A stretch of 64,000 nt of DNA from the NCBI GenBank assembly GCA_963924565.1, contig OZ004611.1, forward strand, positions 21,328,001 through 21,392,000. The letters are read 5' to 3'. This stretch comes from Ascidiella aspersa. Its lineage: Eukaryota. Under the pieces are notes generated by a model. That model searched no databases. It saw only the letters and a program-made list of their open reading frames with translations, and had not been told where the DNA came from. The position numbers were made by a program, and so were the translations under genes. Position 1 is the stretch's first letter. Each line of letters opens with the position of its first letter. Below are positions 1 through 11,184 of this stretch, piece by piece.

Positions 1-697
1 AATAAGATGACGTCTGCAAACAAAAATATTGCTAGTAAAATTGCGTGGACTGTACTTCACAAAACAATCATTATAAATATAAAAACTGAAACAAAAAGTG
101 TCACCGTAAAAAAACAAAACAAAGTAGGCTCCTTAATATATTGTTTTATTTTTGGCTAACTTTTTATTTAGTTATAATGACAAAATGTCTTAAAAACATA
201 TTCTCATATTAAATAATTTAAAAGAGGAGGTATTTATGTAATTTAATACATTATACAGGTAATGTTTTTAATCGTTAAATGGTCACTGATTCGCAATTGG
301 TTCAAGTCTTTCATGATAAAATCGGCCTAATTTAGGATAAATATTTTTATATTTGTAATCAGTACATACATTTTTAGATTTCTTTTTTTCTAAAAACAAA
401 TTCTGACAAATTATAAAAACTTGATAAAATTGGAACAGAAAGAAACAGAAACTCCTGACACAGATTAATTCCTTAAGGTAATAACTTAAAAAAAGGTTTT
501 ACACAAATTGAACTAAAATTGCAAGGAAAAAATGTGCTCTAACCTCTACCAAGATTGCCAATAGCAAATTACAACAATAAATTTAACATAAATAACCATC
601 GGTAGTTTGGATAGCTTAAGCTGAGATTTTCAACCAAAATTTGTTATTGTACATCTAATACTCCAACATTTAAACGATTTCCTTTGATAAACCAAAG

Positions 698-2191
698 TTA
701 TTTTCGTTTCCGCTTTAGTCTCAGAGGCATGTCATCAGTGTGGGGAAACTTTTTCTCTAAATCATCCCAATCTGTGTTTTCGTCAAAACTGTTTAGCAAC
801 TCAGTTTTTGTCAAACTATATCGACTCTCCTTCCACATGTTAAATAAAATTGCAAACGCATTTGAAATATCCTTTCCCTTTAGGCCCGCTTTTTGCTTTA
901 TCTCGCCACCTTTTAAAGGCATGACAGGAACTTTTATGTTAGTAAAATAGTTAAGTGCCTGAATGTCACCCACAAATTTCAGCAACTCGTATATCCAGAA
1001 AGTAACCCTTTTGTCTTGCCTAAACCACAGCACAAGTATGTCCATGTAGGCATCCAACCTGCCCGGCCCCACAGTTATTTTTGGCATGGTGCTCACTATG
1101 AAGAATAGGATGTCAAAATCTGCATTGGACAGACGAATCCTTTCGCGAAAAATCAAAAGTTCTTCCGTGGTTTGAAAAAGGGAGGCAAGAGGGGTGATGT
1201 AGTTCATTGAGAGGTGGCTGCAACGGTGGCAAATTTCCTTAAATCGGCAGGTGTCTCCACTCTCGGGCAAAGAAAAATATTTAAATAAACCACAGTCTCT
1301 CATTGTGCTAAAGATTTCGCCAACAATCCTACCTTTCAGGATTAAACTTAATTCAGCCCAAATCCGTTCACCAGAGATTTGAGATAAACCATGAGCGTTT
1401 CTGCGGATTGTGGCAAGGGTTTCGGGCGAATGCTCTGCATTACTCGGTGATATCCGTGCAAAGAATCGGAAATATCTCAATATCCGAAGGTAGTCCTCCT
1501 GAATGCGCTGTTCTGCATCACCCACAAAGCGTACCCGTAAATGCTTTAAGTCATCCTTGCCATTAAAGTAATCAATTAGATCACCATCCAAGGTCAAAAA
1601 CATAGAGTTAAAGGTCAAGTCGCGACGTGACGCATCCAACTGCCAATCCTTGGTAAACTCCACCTCCGCATGCCGACCGTCTGTCGAAACATCTATTCGT
1701 AAAGTTGTGATTTCAAAATTTTCTTCCTCCACACGGCAGGCCACTGTACCATGAGCAATCCCACTTTCAGCGATGAGACGAATCTCTTCCTTGTTAAACA
1801 TTTCAAGCATTTCCTGAGGGGTAGCCGTTGTCGCCAAGTCAATATCCTTGGGCTCTTTGTCCATCAGGAGATCTCTAACGGCCCCGCCACATAGGCGAAG
1901 TTCGAAGTTGTTTTTCTTGAAGAGCTCTTGGATAAACTTCAGTCCAGGCGAGAAGAGCTTTTTAAAATGCGGAGTGTCCAAATGTGCAAAGAGGGGTTCG
2001 AGGTCTGTTGTGTTTGCTGAGGATGCCATGTCCGATATTCTTTTGCTGTTCAATTTACAACAGTGACATCTTTGCAAATCATTGAGAAAAACAGAAGGCT
2101 TGAAAGTTGAAACAGTACGAATGGTTCTTGTTGCGGCCAAGTATTTGAAAGTTTGAAATTTTACCAGATTGGTAAGCAGCAGTCTTTCCAT
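698..2191 (-). CDS. TRNT1: CCA tRNA nucleotidyltransferase (class II), intronless CDS
   Basis: Motifs GGAVRD, DIDLAT, HGTV, EITTLR, RRDLTFN, EDYLRILRYFRF, ERIWAEL. First ATG at 2191 (the ORF-track start at 2254 is a non-ATG codon upstream of a polypyrimidine-AG acceptor near 2200). Second in-frame ATG at 2029. C-terminus ends RLKRKRK. Confidence 0.95.
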   Translation of the reverse strand: MERLLLTNLVKFQTFKYLAATRTIRTVSTFKPSVFLNDLQRCHCCKLNSKRISDMASSANTTDLEPLFAHLDTPHFKKLFSPGLKFIQELFKKNNFELRLCGGAVRDLLMDKEPKDIDLATTATPQEMLEMFNKEEIRLIAESGIAHGTVACRVEEENFEITTLRIDVSTDGRHAEVEFTKDWQLDASRRDLTFNSMFLTLDGDLIDYFNGKDDLKHLRVRFVGDAEQRIQEDYLRILRYFRFFARISPSNAEHSPETLATIRRNAHGLSQISGERIWAELSLILKGRIVGEIFSTMRDCGLFKYFSLPESGDTCRFKEICHRCSHLSMNYITPLASLFQTTEELLIFRERIRLSNADFDILFFIVSTMPKITVGPGRLDAYMDILVLWFRQDKRVTFWIYELLKFVGDIQALNYFTNIKVPVMPLKGGEIKQKAGLKGKDISNAFAILFNMWKESRYSLTKTELLNSFDENTDWDDLEKKFPHTDDMPLRLKRKRK

Positions 2192-2856
2192 GAAACTGCT
2201 TAGGAAAGAATACAAAACTAACAGCTCACAGTGCAATTCAAGTGAGATTAACACAAGTTTATTTCAATTGTAACACTAATTTAATTTCAGTTGAAACAGT
2301 GTAAAGAGTTTATATCTACTGATTTCTATTGTTGAACTAAACTGCAAATCCAGATAGAATGGTACAATATGAAATTAATGAGTACAAACAAAAAATCATT
2401 TGCTATTTAAAACCATGAAGGCTACAAATTAATATTACCACAAAAGACTTGATTATTCAAGCATATTTGCAGACAGCAGGCCAGCATTTTGGCAAGTGGA
2501 AATTTTAATTGAATCATTAACCCTATTTTAAATAAATATGTTTGATTACAAACGTTGAAGCTTCATTTAAAACAATAAAAAATACCGAGAAATAGCTAGA
2601 ATTGCAAATACATTTGCAGGGGGCAAAATAAGTTGCTCAGCTGCTTTTGCATTGCTGATTCAGGGGTAGTTTTTGATTATGGTCGGGGTTAGCAATGTTG
2701 TGATGTAATTAAATTCATTTTTATATTTTCATGATTTATTACCTAATCATGATTTACTTGTTAAAAGAGTAGATAGCTTTAGAAAGTGCCTCTGACTATT
2801 TGTCCAGCTCAATAGTTAAGCATCAAACCAGCCAGTTATGATTGTGTTTAACGTCT

Positions 2857-3068
2857 GGGCGTTGGTCTACAATCTTACCACTTTTTTACAGTAACAAAAC
2901 GAGTAGTCAAAAATGAAATTGCAAGACATAAATAAATATGAGAGAATAAATATATTACCAACTGTTGACCCACCGGAATCCAAACGCTAACTTGTACACT
3001 ATGCCAATTATGATAGCAATATGATAATCCCCCAACGAAAATGTGGTGTACGATTCTGGACCAGTTCC
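2857..3068. mobile_element. ~210-bp MITE with degenerate GGCGCTGGTCTAGAATCCTACCAC-type termini
   Basis: Starts ggcgttggtctacaatcttaccac and ends gtggtgtacgattctggaccagttcc (inverted). The internal sequence aligns by eye with 15830-16040. Confidence 0.65.
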
Positions 3069-5545
3069 GTTTTTCTGCATCTCTACTTATAATAATTACA
3101 ATTTTGCTTCACTTGGCTGCTTTAATAATAGTTGAGCAGCAAGCTTGCAAGTTGCCCTGTCCTTCAGCTATGGTTGTTTCTAAACATGTCATTCATGCGA
3201 ATCATACTGTGGTAATTGTTGGGCGTAATAGCGCCATCTTCTGTTAATCATTTTATTAGTGTGCAAATCGAAAATTGCACAATAACATCAAATTTATGAC
3301 CGAATGAGGACTTTTAGAAGACTTTCAGTCAAAAAGGTTAACTTTATTTTTGTTCGTGCCAGTTGCCGATAGAAACAGTAACAGCAAAAATCGTATATCA
3401 CGTGTCGTGTAGGTTGGTCTACCTCTCTATCACTGTCAAACCACAGCTTTTCCTCAACCGAGATTTTTTTCTCTTGCATGAATCACTTTTTTGGGTAAAG
3501 GAAGTGACTATTCGACAGGATCGCTCTTTTACGCTTGCACCTTTTAGTAATTATATGGCGATTTAAACTACTTTTGCTAACCACAAATAACAATCAACAA
3601 AACAAAAATGTCGGCAGATTGGCACCAAAACAATGCACGTCACTCTGTTTTAAAATGTTAAAAAAGCATTCGGACGATTGGGGCTTTTACTGGCTAAAAA
3701 AAATATTTTAAACATCCACAATATTTCAGCATATTTAAACCAGCCGGGAAATTTGACAATTGGTTATCCTCACCTAAATGCTTAATTAAACCTGAGAAAC
3801 AATAATTAAGGATAAAACTGGAACATAAGTGTCATATATCCGCCACGAAAGGCATCCCAGTCGGCTCTAAAAAAGCCTGCGGTTGGACTTCCACACAGAA
3901 TTAATCTAATTTGAAAATCTATCACATAGAATTGATCTACTTTTAAAAATCTAATTTGAAAATCTTAGACTGGAATCTGGAAGGTGGGAACCTCACATCA
4001 CAAAAGAAGTTTCATTGAATCATTTCGGATCAACCGTACTAACACCACGAACAATTGGGATTCGTGGTTTATCTATAAGTGTCTGTAGCTAAACGCACCC
4101 GCTAATAAACGCCGCGTTGTTCGATGTGTATACAGTAACCTAAGTTCTTCAGATGGATGAACCCGTTGCGGTGCAGCTGATTGTACCTCAGCGACGTCTT
4201 TGCTTAATCTTTAATTTATATCAGGGCCACCATCGTATTTATAGTTATATGAGTACCAATTTGAATGAGTACCAAACTGAAGTAATCTGTACCGTATAAT
4301 TTTAATTTTCGCTGTTTTAACATAGAGCGGTTCCGCCATTATTTCAAGGAAGAATCAGGGGTCCGCAATGCGAAAAGGTTTAAAAACATCTATTCTAAGG
4401 CCTGTAGACATCGCCGGCCGGACTGTTAAGATCAACTGCTAAGATTTACAATCGCTGATCGAATCAATTTTTTGTTGTTGAACTTTATTAACTTAATTAT
4501 CGTTAAACCAAGGAAATATATTTAACTGTGCAAAAAGAACTGCGGCGAGCGCTAACATAGTCGTTTATTGGAATTTTTATCACAATTTAGCTTTTAATTT
4601 GGAGCATAATAGTTTCCTTTATTAATAGTCGACGCCAGTCGCAATGATCTTAAAATTGGAAGCCTATTATGTGACCACGATTACCTGGTCACGTCATGTC
4701 CTGGTACAGGTACGTATATAGTTGCAGATTACATTTGGTTTGCATGGCCAATATAATTTGATTCATATGAACATTGCACTTTGTATATAATACCTGAACG
4801 ACGTAACACATGTTGGTAGTCTTAAAAAACAAACTTATATAGGTTTAACTTTGTTGGGCGTTATTTTGCTAAACATTTGGTATATTTACTGTGCATGATT
4901 TTAAATACAGGTAATTGAAGACTTTTTCGTCGCCATTAAAGGTTGTTCCCTGAATAAATCATGTAGGCCTAGTGGCTTTTTTTCATATGCCCTTAGCACA
5001 CTGGACTTATTTTGCTAGATGGCTATATAACCAGCTAATTTTGCTTGATGGTTAACCAGCCTTTATAACAGTTTTAATAACTTTTTAAGGTGGTCTGGCT
5101 TTTTGAAGTAAATGTCTATTTTGTATTTGAAAGACCATGATTGAATTTTACCTATAATATCAACATAAGTTACCCAGTAAATATTTATTACAGGAACGCA
5201 AATACTGAACATAAAAAGTCAAGGCAAACGCTTTGTGTAGTCGTTATTTTCATTTTTGTAGAGTTACTTCAAGCATTAAAACTGTTTTTTTTTAGCGCAA
5301 TGTTAAACATGTTACCACCGGAATTTCCTTTTCACCTACAAATGCACTTCAGTGCTATATTAAACGCAGCATAGTTAAAATTATGTGATTGTCACCTTTG
5401 TTAAAGAACAATTGCTGACTTATTGGTAAGGAAATGTCAATGAAACCAGACAAGAAAATGTTTAGCAAAACATTCTGGCAGTCGTAATCAGTTCCGCCTG
5501 TTTGAAAGACAACCAAAATGCCAATTCGTTGTTGGCAAGGCGAGA

Positions 5546-8523
5546 ATGTCAATAAAGCAACAATTGTCCTCACTGGTCAAGAGCGTTGCTGAACTACCGA
5601 CAGATTTTGAAACGTCGCACTCGAATGAAAACCTCGCAGAAGATGTCTTGCATTCCAGCGTTTCGGAATCTATGGTTCATACCAGCAGCAGCAGCAGAAG
5701 CGAACGCCAAAAGCGTAAAAGGACGAAAAGTGTCTCGTTCGCCGATTCACGAGGATTAGACTTGGAAGAGGTAAATTTATTTTTCGTTTTAGTTGATCGC
5801 GGTTTCGTATCATTAAACAAAACGGCGCCAAGAGATAACTATTAATGACTTAACCCTTACCGGTACGCCTTTACCGGTAATTTTTTTTTCGCTGGAAAGC
5901 AGATTGTTGAACTCTAGGCTGAAAAAGTTATTTCAAATAACAAACTGCAACAATGTAGGAATTACATTTTACCTGCGCGAATTTATGGGCGAAATTTCAG
6001 GCGTATCTAGAACACTGTCAAAAAACCCGAATGGGAAAAAAATGCTCAGTCCTAAAACATTGAATAATCTTCATGCTAAATACTTTTTTATTTCTGTTAA
6101 AGCGAATACGATTGGAGGTACTATTTCCACATAAATTCCGACAGTTAGTCAATTATTGCCCTGAATTTAAAACACTTTTAAACACTTTCACCACTTCGCT
6201 GTAAACTCTTTTAAACGGCCAATTATTGTGACGTCATGTTTAGCGAAAAATCGTAAGCGCCCCTGTAAAAATTGAAGTTCGGCGTCTTTTGAGCAAAAGG
6301 ACACACGGCAGCAGTTTAGTCTTTTTACAGGTTCGAGAATTCGACGCTGCGGAAAACGTCATCCGGCGTTCTTTTTCCAGCATTTCGTCACATTATCCGG
6401 TCGAAGCTTCCCAGAATGTTCCTCCCGATGAAAAATACTTTCTCCTATTTCCGCAGCCGTCCAATAACTACCGGAGCTTCATGCGCACCTTGTGGGGCCA
6501 AAACGTATCTCTGCACCTGGTTTGGCTCAACAAGTCTCAGGTGAGGAATACCACGGAAAGAAATCGCATGTCGTATATTTGAAAACAACGATACAATACC
6601 TTTTAAATTAAGCGGTGCGCCAATCGCAAAAGAACAAAAATGCAAAATAAACTTAGTTTAGACCAGTGCTTTCCCAACCTTTTTCAAGTTTTATTGTGCG
6701 ACCCACAATGTGACTAAACAAATAAAAAGTTACATAAAACCTGCATCTTTACTACTGGAGTACGTACTGAAATAGTTAATGCGACACAACACATCTAACT
6801 GTTACGTAATCATAATGCAATAATTTCCCGGTTTAATAGAAATCTATAACATTTAGAAATGGTTCGCGACCCACTGGTTGGGAAGCACTTGCTTAGCACT
6901 TCCTTTTAAGTACGATTCTTGCCCTCCACAGTTTATATCAAACTTTAGGGTCCGCTACAAGTCATTTTATGCAAAAAGACCCGGGACGGATTCATTTTCA
7001 AACAATCACCTGACAATTAAATTAAAACGTTCTATTGCTTGGTTAAGTAATTTTTCAGGCAAATCATAGATGTGGGCAGTGTTTTTTTAAGGTGTTTTTT
7101 TTTTTTTAAATGCCCCCAAATTTCTCCAGCGGTTTCCCAAAATTTGGACTTGTAACTACAGTAGAAAAGTAATGCTTGTTTCTCGCTATGTCTTGTCAAT
7201 AATACGAATATAGCCTACGATCAATAGTTCACGTCCGGAAAAAAGAATAAGTGGAGGTACAGCTAACAGCTGAATCAAAGGGTTATTCACAAAAGAAGTG
7301 CACCTTCGATATTCGTCAATGTTTATTTCTGATTTATGGCGCATAATGATCAGTTTTTACGTGTGGAAACATAACAAGCAGAAGCCAACAAGCACACTTT
7401 GTTTATGGCTATTTTATGGTATTTAAATGAAACACTTGCGGTCTCTTAAAACTACTTAGCGGTCACCCAAACCAAACCTTAAAAAAAAACTGGATGTGGG
7501 CATATATTAGGCTGTGATCCCTATTAATTTGGCCATGCCGCCTCCCAAAAATATATTTTTCGTCAACTTTTGCCTTGTAAATAGAAAAACGCGAACTTTT
7601 TAACTATATTTTGTCAGTTTTAAGAAAATCTATTCAGCCCAAAGACGCCATGCATATACTATGTCATATGTTACGCCGTGTGAACTCATAAACTTCATAA
7701 AGTGCAGTTTTGTTAAGTATGTGACGTCATCCAAAAAAATGTCATGCCGCCAAGCAAAAATCCAGAACCCGTCTCCGATACAGAGCACTTGGGCTACTAA
7801 ACTATTTTTAGCAAAGGCCTAGTTACAAAAGTTTAAAATTTACTTAGTCCGTTTTTATAACTCCCATGAAATAATTTACAGTCATACAAAATGTAATACG
7901 ATATAGTTTACACATTTCCTTCGCTTCAACTGAGAATTCAGTAATGTCCGTTACTAGAAAGGGGTTTCCAATGAACAGCAGCGACTGTTTGCCAAGCAAA
8001 ACTCGTCAAATCACATTGCAAAGTAAGACAGATAAGAACCGGATTCAACTCTGAAAAGGTCCGCCAGTTAGGTAGCCCTGACTTACACGTTCCTCGCCCG
8101 CTCGCAGGTGATCGGCACCGTGTACGTTGTGAACCTGGCCTACGAAAAGCGAGTGGCGGTTCGCGTCACCTTCGACTCGTGGAAGAGCTGGCGCGAGTTC
8201 GAAGGGCTCTTTCGGCGTCGAGAGAGCGAGCACATCGACATCTTCGACTTCGACTTTCCGGTACCGGACTTTTTTTCCTTTATTTTTCTGTTGTTGTTTT
8301 TTGGCAAAGATATTAGAAAAATATATATTTTTTGTTTTTTACCATTTTTCCGTAGGTGCCGGACGGCGCGCGCAAGGCCAACTTCTGCGTGCGCTACGAG
8401 TGCAACGCCGCCGTCTACTGGGACAACAACGCCGGGCGCGACTACTGCGTGGCAGCCAACGCGCGTGCCCTGAACGCCGCCAACAACGAATACGGCGGCG
8501 ACACCAACGCCTTTCTGTCATAG
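5546..8523 (+). CDS. PPP1R3: Protein phosphatase 1 glycogen-targeting subunit (PPP1R3 family, CBM21); exons 5546-5770, 6331-6540, 8108-8260, 8356-8523 (~251 aa)
   Basis: RVxF-type motif KSVSFADSRGLDLEEVREF across exons 1-2. CBM21 motifs GTVYVVNLAYEKRVAVRVTFDSW and FCVRYECNAAVYWDNNAGRDY. All introns are GT-AG, phase 0, and the frame is continuous to TAG at 8521-8523. Confidence 0.9.
6664..6890. mobile_element. hAT-like MITE in PPP1R3 intron 2
   Basis: Termini cagtgctttcccaacc ... ggttgggaagcact; internal gcgaccca motifs; TSD degenerate. Confidence 0.6.
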
Positions 8524-9319
8524 TTAAAAGAAAGCCTGATTTGCGTGAAACAAATGTCCAACGCCTGTCACGCACACAGTACTGCGCGAAAAAGCAGCGC
8601 CTTATTTTTTTGAGCGGTAATTAAAGCAAACGAAACTTAGTATCTATTTCGGTTAGTTTTGTTAGTGACTGTCTCAACTTTGAAACGGGATTTAAGGTCA
8701 AAAATGAATTTTTAGAAGTTATCAACAACAGGTAGTGCGTGCTGCGAAGTCGATAGTTAGACTCCACTGGGTTAGTTTATTCTTTTGGATTCCAATAAGT
8801 GACTTGGTATTCCATTTATTTTTAAGGCAGAATCACAAAATATGAATTTTACTTTAACCAAGCACCTCGACTTTACAGTCCTAGGATCAGGGTAGAGTAC
8901 CCAAATATGAATTTTCCTTTAACCAAGGACTTAGTGGGAGCTAAGGTGCCCCTCAAGCAAAAAATAAAAACACGAAAAGGTAGCACTGAATCACAATTTT
9001 TTAGAATTAAATATGTGGATGCTTGGCCTAGACAATAATAAAATTAAAATGTTTAAAATTAATTTTGGAATAAAGAAAACAAGAAATGTAAACAACTTCA
9101 GATGTTTTAATAAAAATGTTAATGCCTAGAAATTTAAAAAAACGTGGCATACATACAAAAGTGCATGCCATACAGGTACAGCAGTATAAAAATAAAATTA
9201 AACTAAAAAATAAAACTGCATTTTCAACAAATTCAAAGATGAACGTTATATTAAAAAAAATAACAATCACAGTGGGAATGTGTGTTATACTGTTGGTAAT
9301 GATCTCAAATTGTAACTTG

Positions 9320-9826
9320 TTAAGACTTTTTTAACCATTTAAAAACATCATTAAGCCCGGATTTGTCCTTACAACTCAGCTCCACAATAGTCACTTGGCA
9401 TTGGAGATTTTTAAGCAAATGTTTTAATTGTAAAAGGTACTTCAGTTCACTAATACTCATAGTGGTTGCAACATCGCATTTGTTAAGTACCACTAATGTA
9501 GGCAAAGACAGACATAATATCTCTTTTATTTGAACTGAAGCAGCAGAGACCTGAAGTGCATTTGATGCATCAATCATAAAAATGACTTTTGTTGTGTCTG
9601 TATAGTAACTCTTCCACAGTGGAGCCATGGCGCCACCTAATTCTCGCAGTTCAACAATGTTACGCTTTCCAAGATTAAGATTTAAGATATTGGTGCCCAC
9701 CGTTGGAATGGTCGAGGGCAATTCTTCAAACCCAGTTGACTGCTTTTGCTTCAGGTCTGGAAAGTTGGATAGCAGTTTTAGCAAAGTAGATTTGCCAACT
9801 CCAGTCGGACCCAGCAACAAAATCAT
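9320..9826 (-). CDS. ARL16: ARF-like small GTPase 16, intronless CDS
   Basis: P-loop GPTGVGKS, PTVG switch I, the ARL16-type RELGG (in place of WDxGG), and NKCD. It starts without an N-terminal myristoylated helix. Confidence 0.88.
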   Translation of the reverse strand: MILLLGPTGVGKSTLLKLLSNFPDLKQKQSTGFEELPSTIPTVGTNILNLNLGKRNIVELRELGGAMAPLWKSYYTDTTKVIFMIDASNALQVSAASVQIKEILCLSLPTLVVLNKCDVATTMSISELKYLLQLKHLLKNLQCQVTIVELSCKDKSGLNDVFKWLKKS

Positions 9827-10120
9827 TTTAAGTTGAATATAGCTAAAGACCTATAGTGAGTGAATGAACCTTCTGTTTGATACAAAATGTGTTTTCACAG
9901 ATTGAAAAAATGTTAATATTTTGGCGGCACATGGCTATTGACCCCAAAAGTAGATAAATCAATAATCAGTTTTCCTGTTAAAATCAGGACAAGAAATCTA
10001 ATATTGCCTTGTGAAACCAAAAAATTGTTGAGCCCACAGTTTAATTGAAAGACTTATTTATCTGGATGTCAACTAAGTAGGTAAATTAATATATTATTAC
10101 TAAGTGGTGTATACATAACC

Positions 10121-10377
10121 CACTGTGGAAAGTATGGCAAGTGCACCCGTGAGATTTTTTCAACCTTTTAAAAGTGCACCCCGAAAAAATTTGAACTGCA
10201 CCCAAAATATGTAAAACGCTTGTGCGGAATATGTTTACAGTGCAATGTATGCAATACAGAATGCATCCTAAAATCATAAAGTGCACCCGAGGTGCACTTT
10301 TTTGCCCTTTGTTGCACCCGGTCACACGGATTTTTTCGGCTGTGCACCCGCGAGATCTGCCATACTTTCCAGCAGTG
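10121..10377. mobile_element. MITE with CACTG termini and subterminal GTGCACCC repeats (CACTA/Transib-like)
   Basis: cactgtggaaagtatggca ... tgccatactttccagcagtg inverted termini; several tgcaccc copies; TSD not resolved. Confidence 0.65.
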
Positions 10378-10581
10378 TACATGCCTAGGTCTGGACTGTT
10401 GTGGTGTATGTTTTGGGAAAACTGTTGTTATTTTATCATGTTTACCCATTCTCTTAAAACAAAAGTATTAAAAGTCCAATAACAGGATTGTGATTTTTGT
10501 GTGAAACCTTTCAGGAATATGCTAGACCAGAAGTATGTTTATAAATTTAATATTTGTTACAGCACCTTATTTAAGTTTTTG

Positions 10582-10767
10582 GGAGCTGGACTAGAATCCT
10601 ATCTACGTATTGTTCTTTTACAGCAGGGTGACTCCATTATGATTAATTGCAATCGACTGAAAAATAGTTAAGACTCACTACCCGATGACTTTTTATTGAA
10701 TTTACAATTAAAAATAGCTGTTGTGGCGTACGATTTCATAACTGTGGTAGGATTCTAGACCAGCGCC
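10582..10767. mobile_element. MITE with the same termini as the large 52953-60038 element
   Basis: Left end ggagctggactagaatcctat; right end gtggtaggattctagaccagcgcc, identical to 60015-60038. Confidence 0.7.
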
Positions 10768-11184
10768 CAACTTTTAAATGCAGACAGGACTCACGATAGA
10801 CCATTTTGGTAATCAGTCACAGTGTATCTTTGTTGTGACTTTCATGTAAAGTTTATTTTGCACTTAAAAAAGAACAGAAAACGCAAAACCATTTACAAAC
10901 AGAAAAAAATATTTCACCCAACTAACAATGTTTACATTTTCAAGCCACTATAGAAACCACAAGTTGCGCAGCTAATTCGTTCTTCGTTATAGCGACATAG
11001 TGAACATTACAAAAGTAGGGTACGATTATAAAGCAATAGAAAAATGCAAAGAGCAATTTTACTGAATAAAATTTACACAACGTATTTACAAAGCGTTTTC
11101 ATTGTTAATGTGAACCATGAGATTCATGTTTAAAAAAGCATGTCAGTTTTGCCGGAAGATCTCCGCGTTTGCAAATCTTAGGCC

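Noticed and set aside
2192-2254. N-terminal extension of TRNT1 in the ORF track
   Set aside because: It begins at a non-ATG codon inside a polypyrimidine/acceptor region that is probably intronic.
6229-7730. TGACGTCA CRE palindromes in PPP1R3 introns
   Set aside because: This 8-mer also occurs elsewhere in the window, including coding sequence; function cannot be supported from sequence alone.
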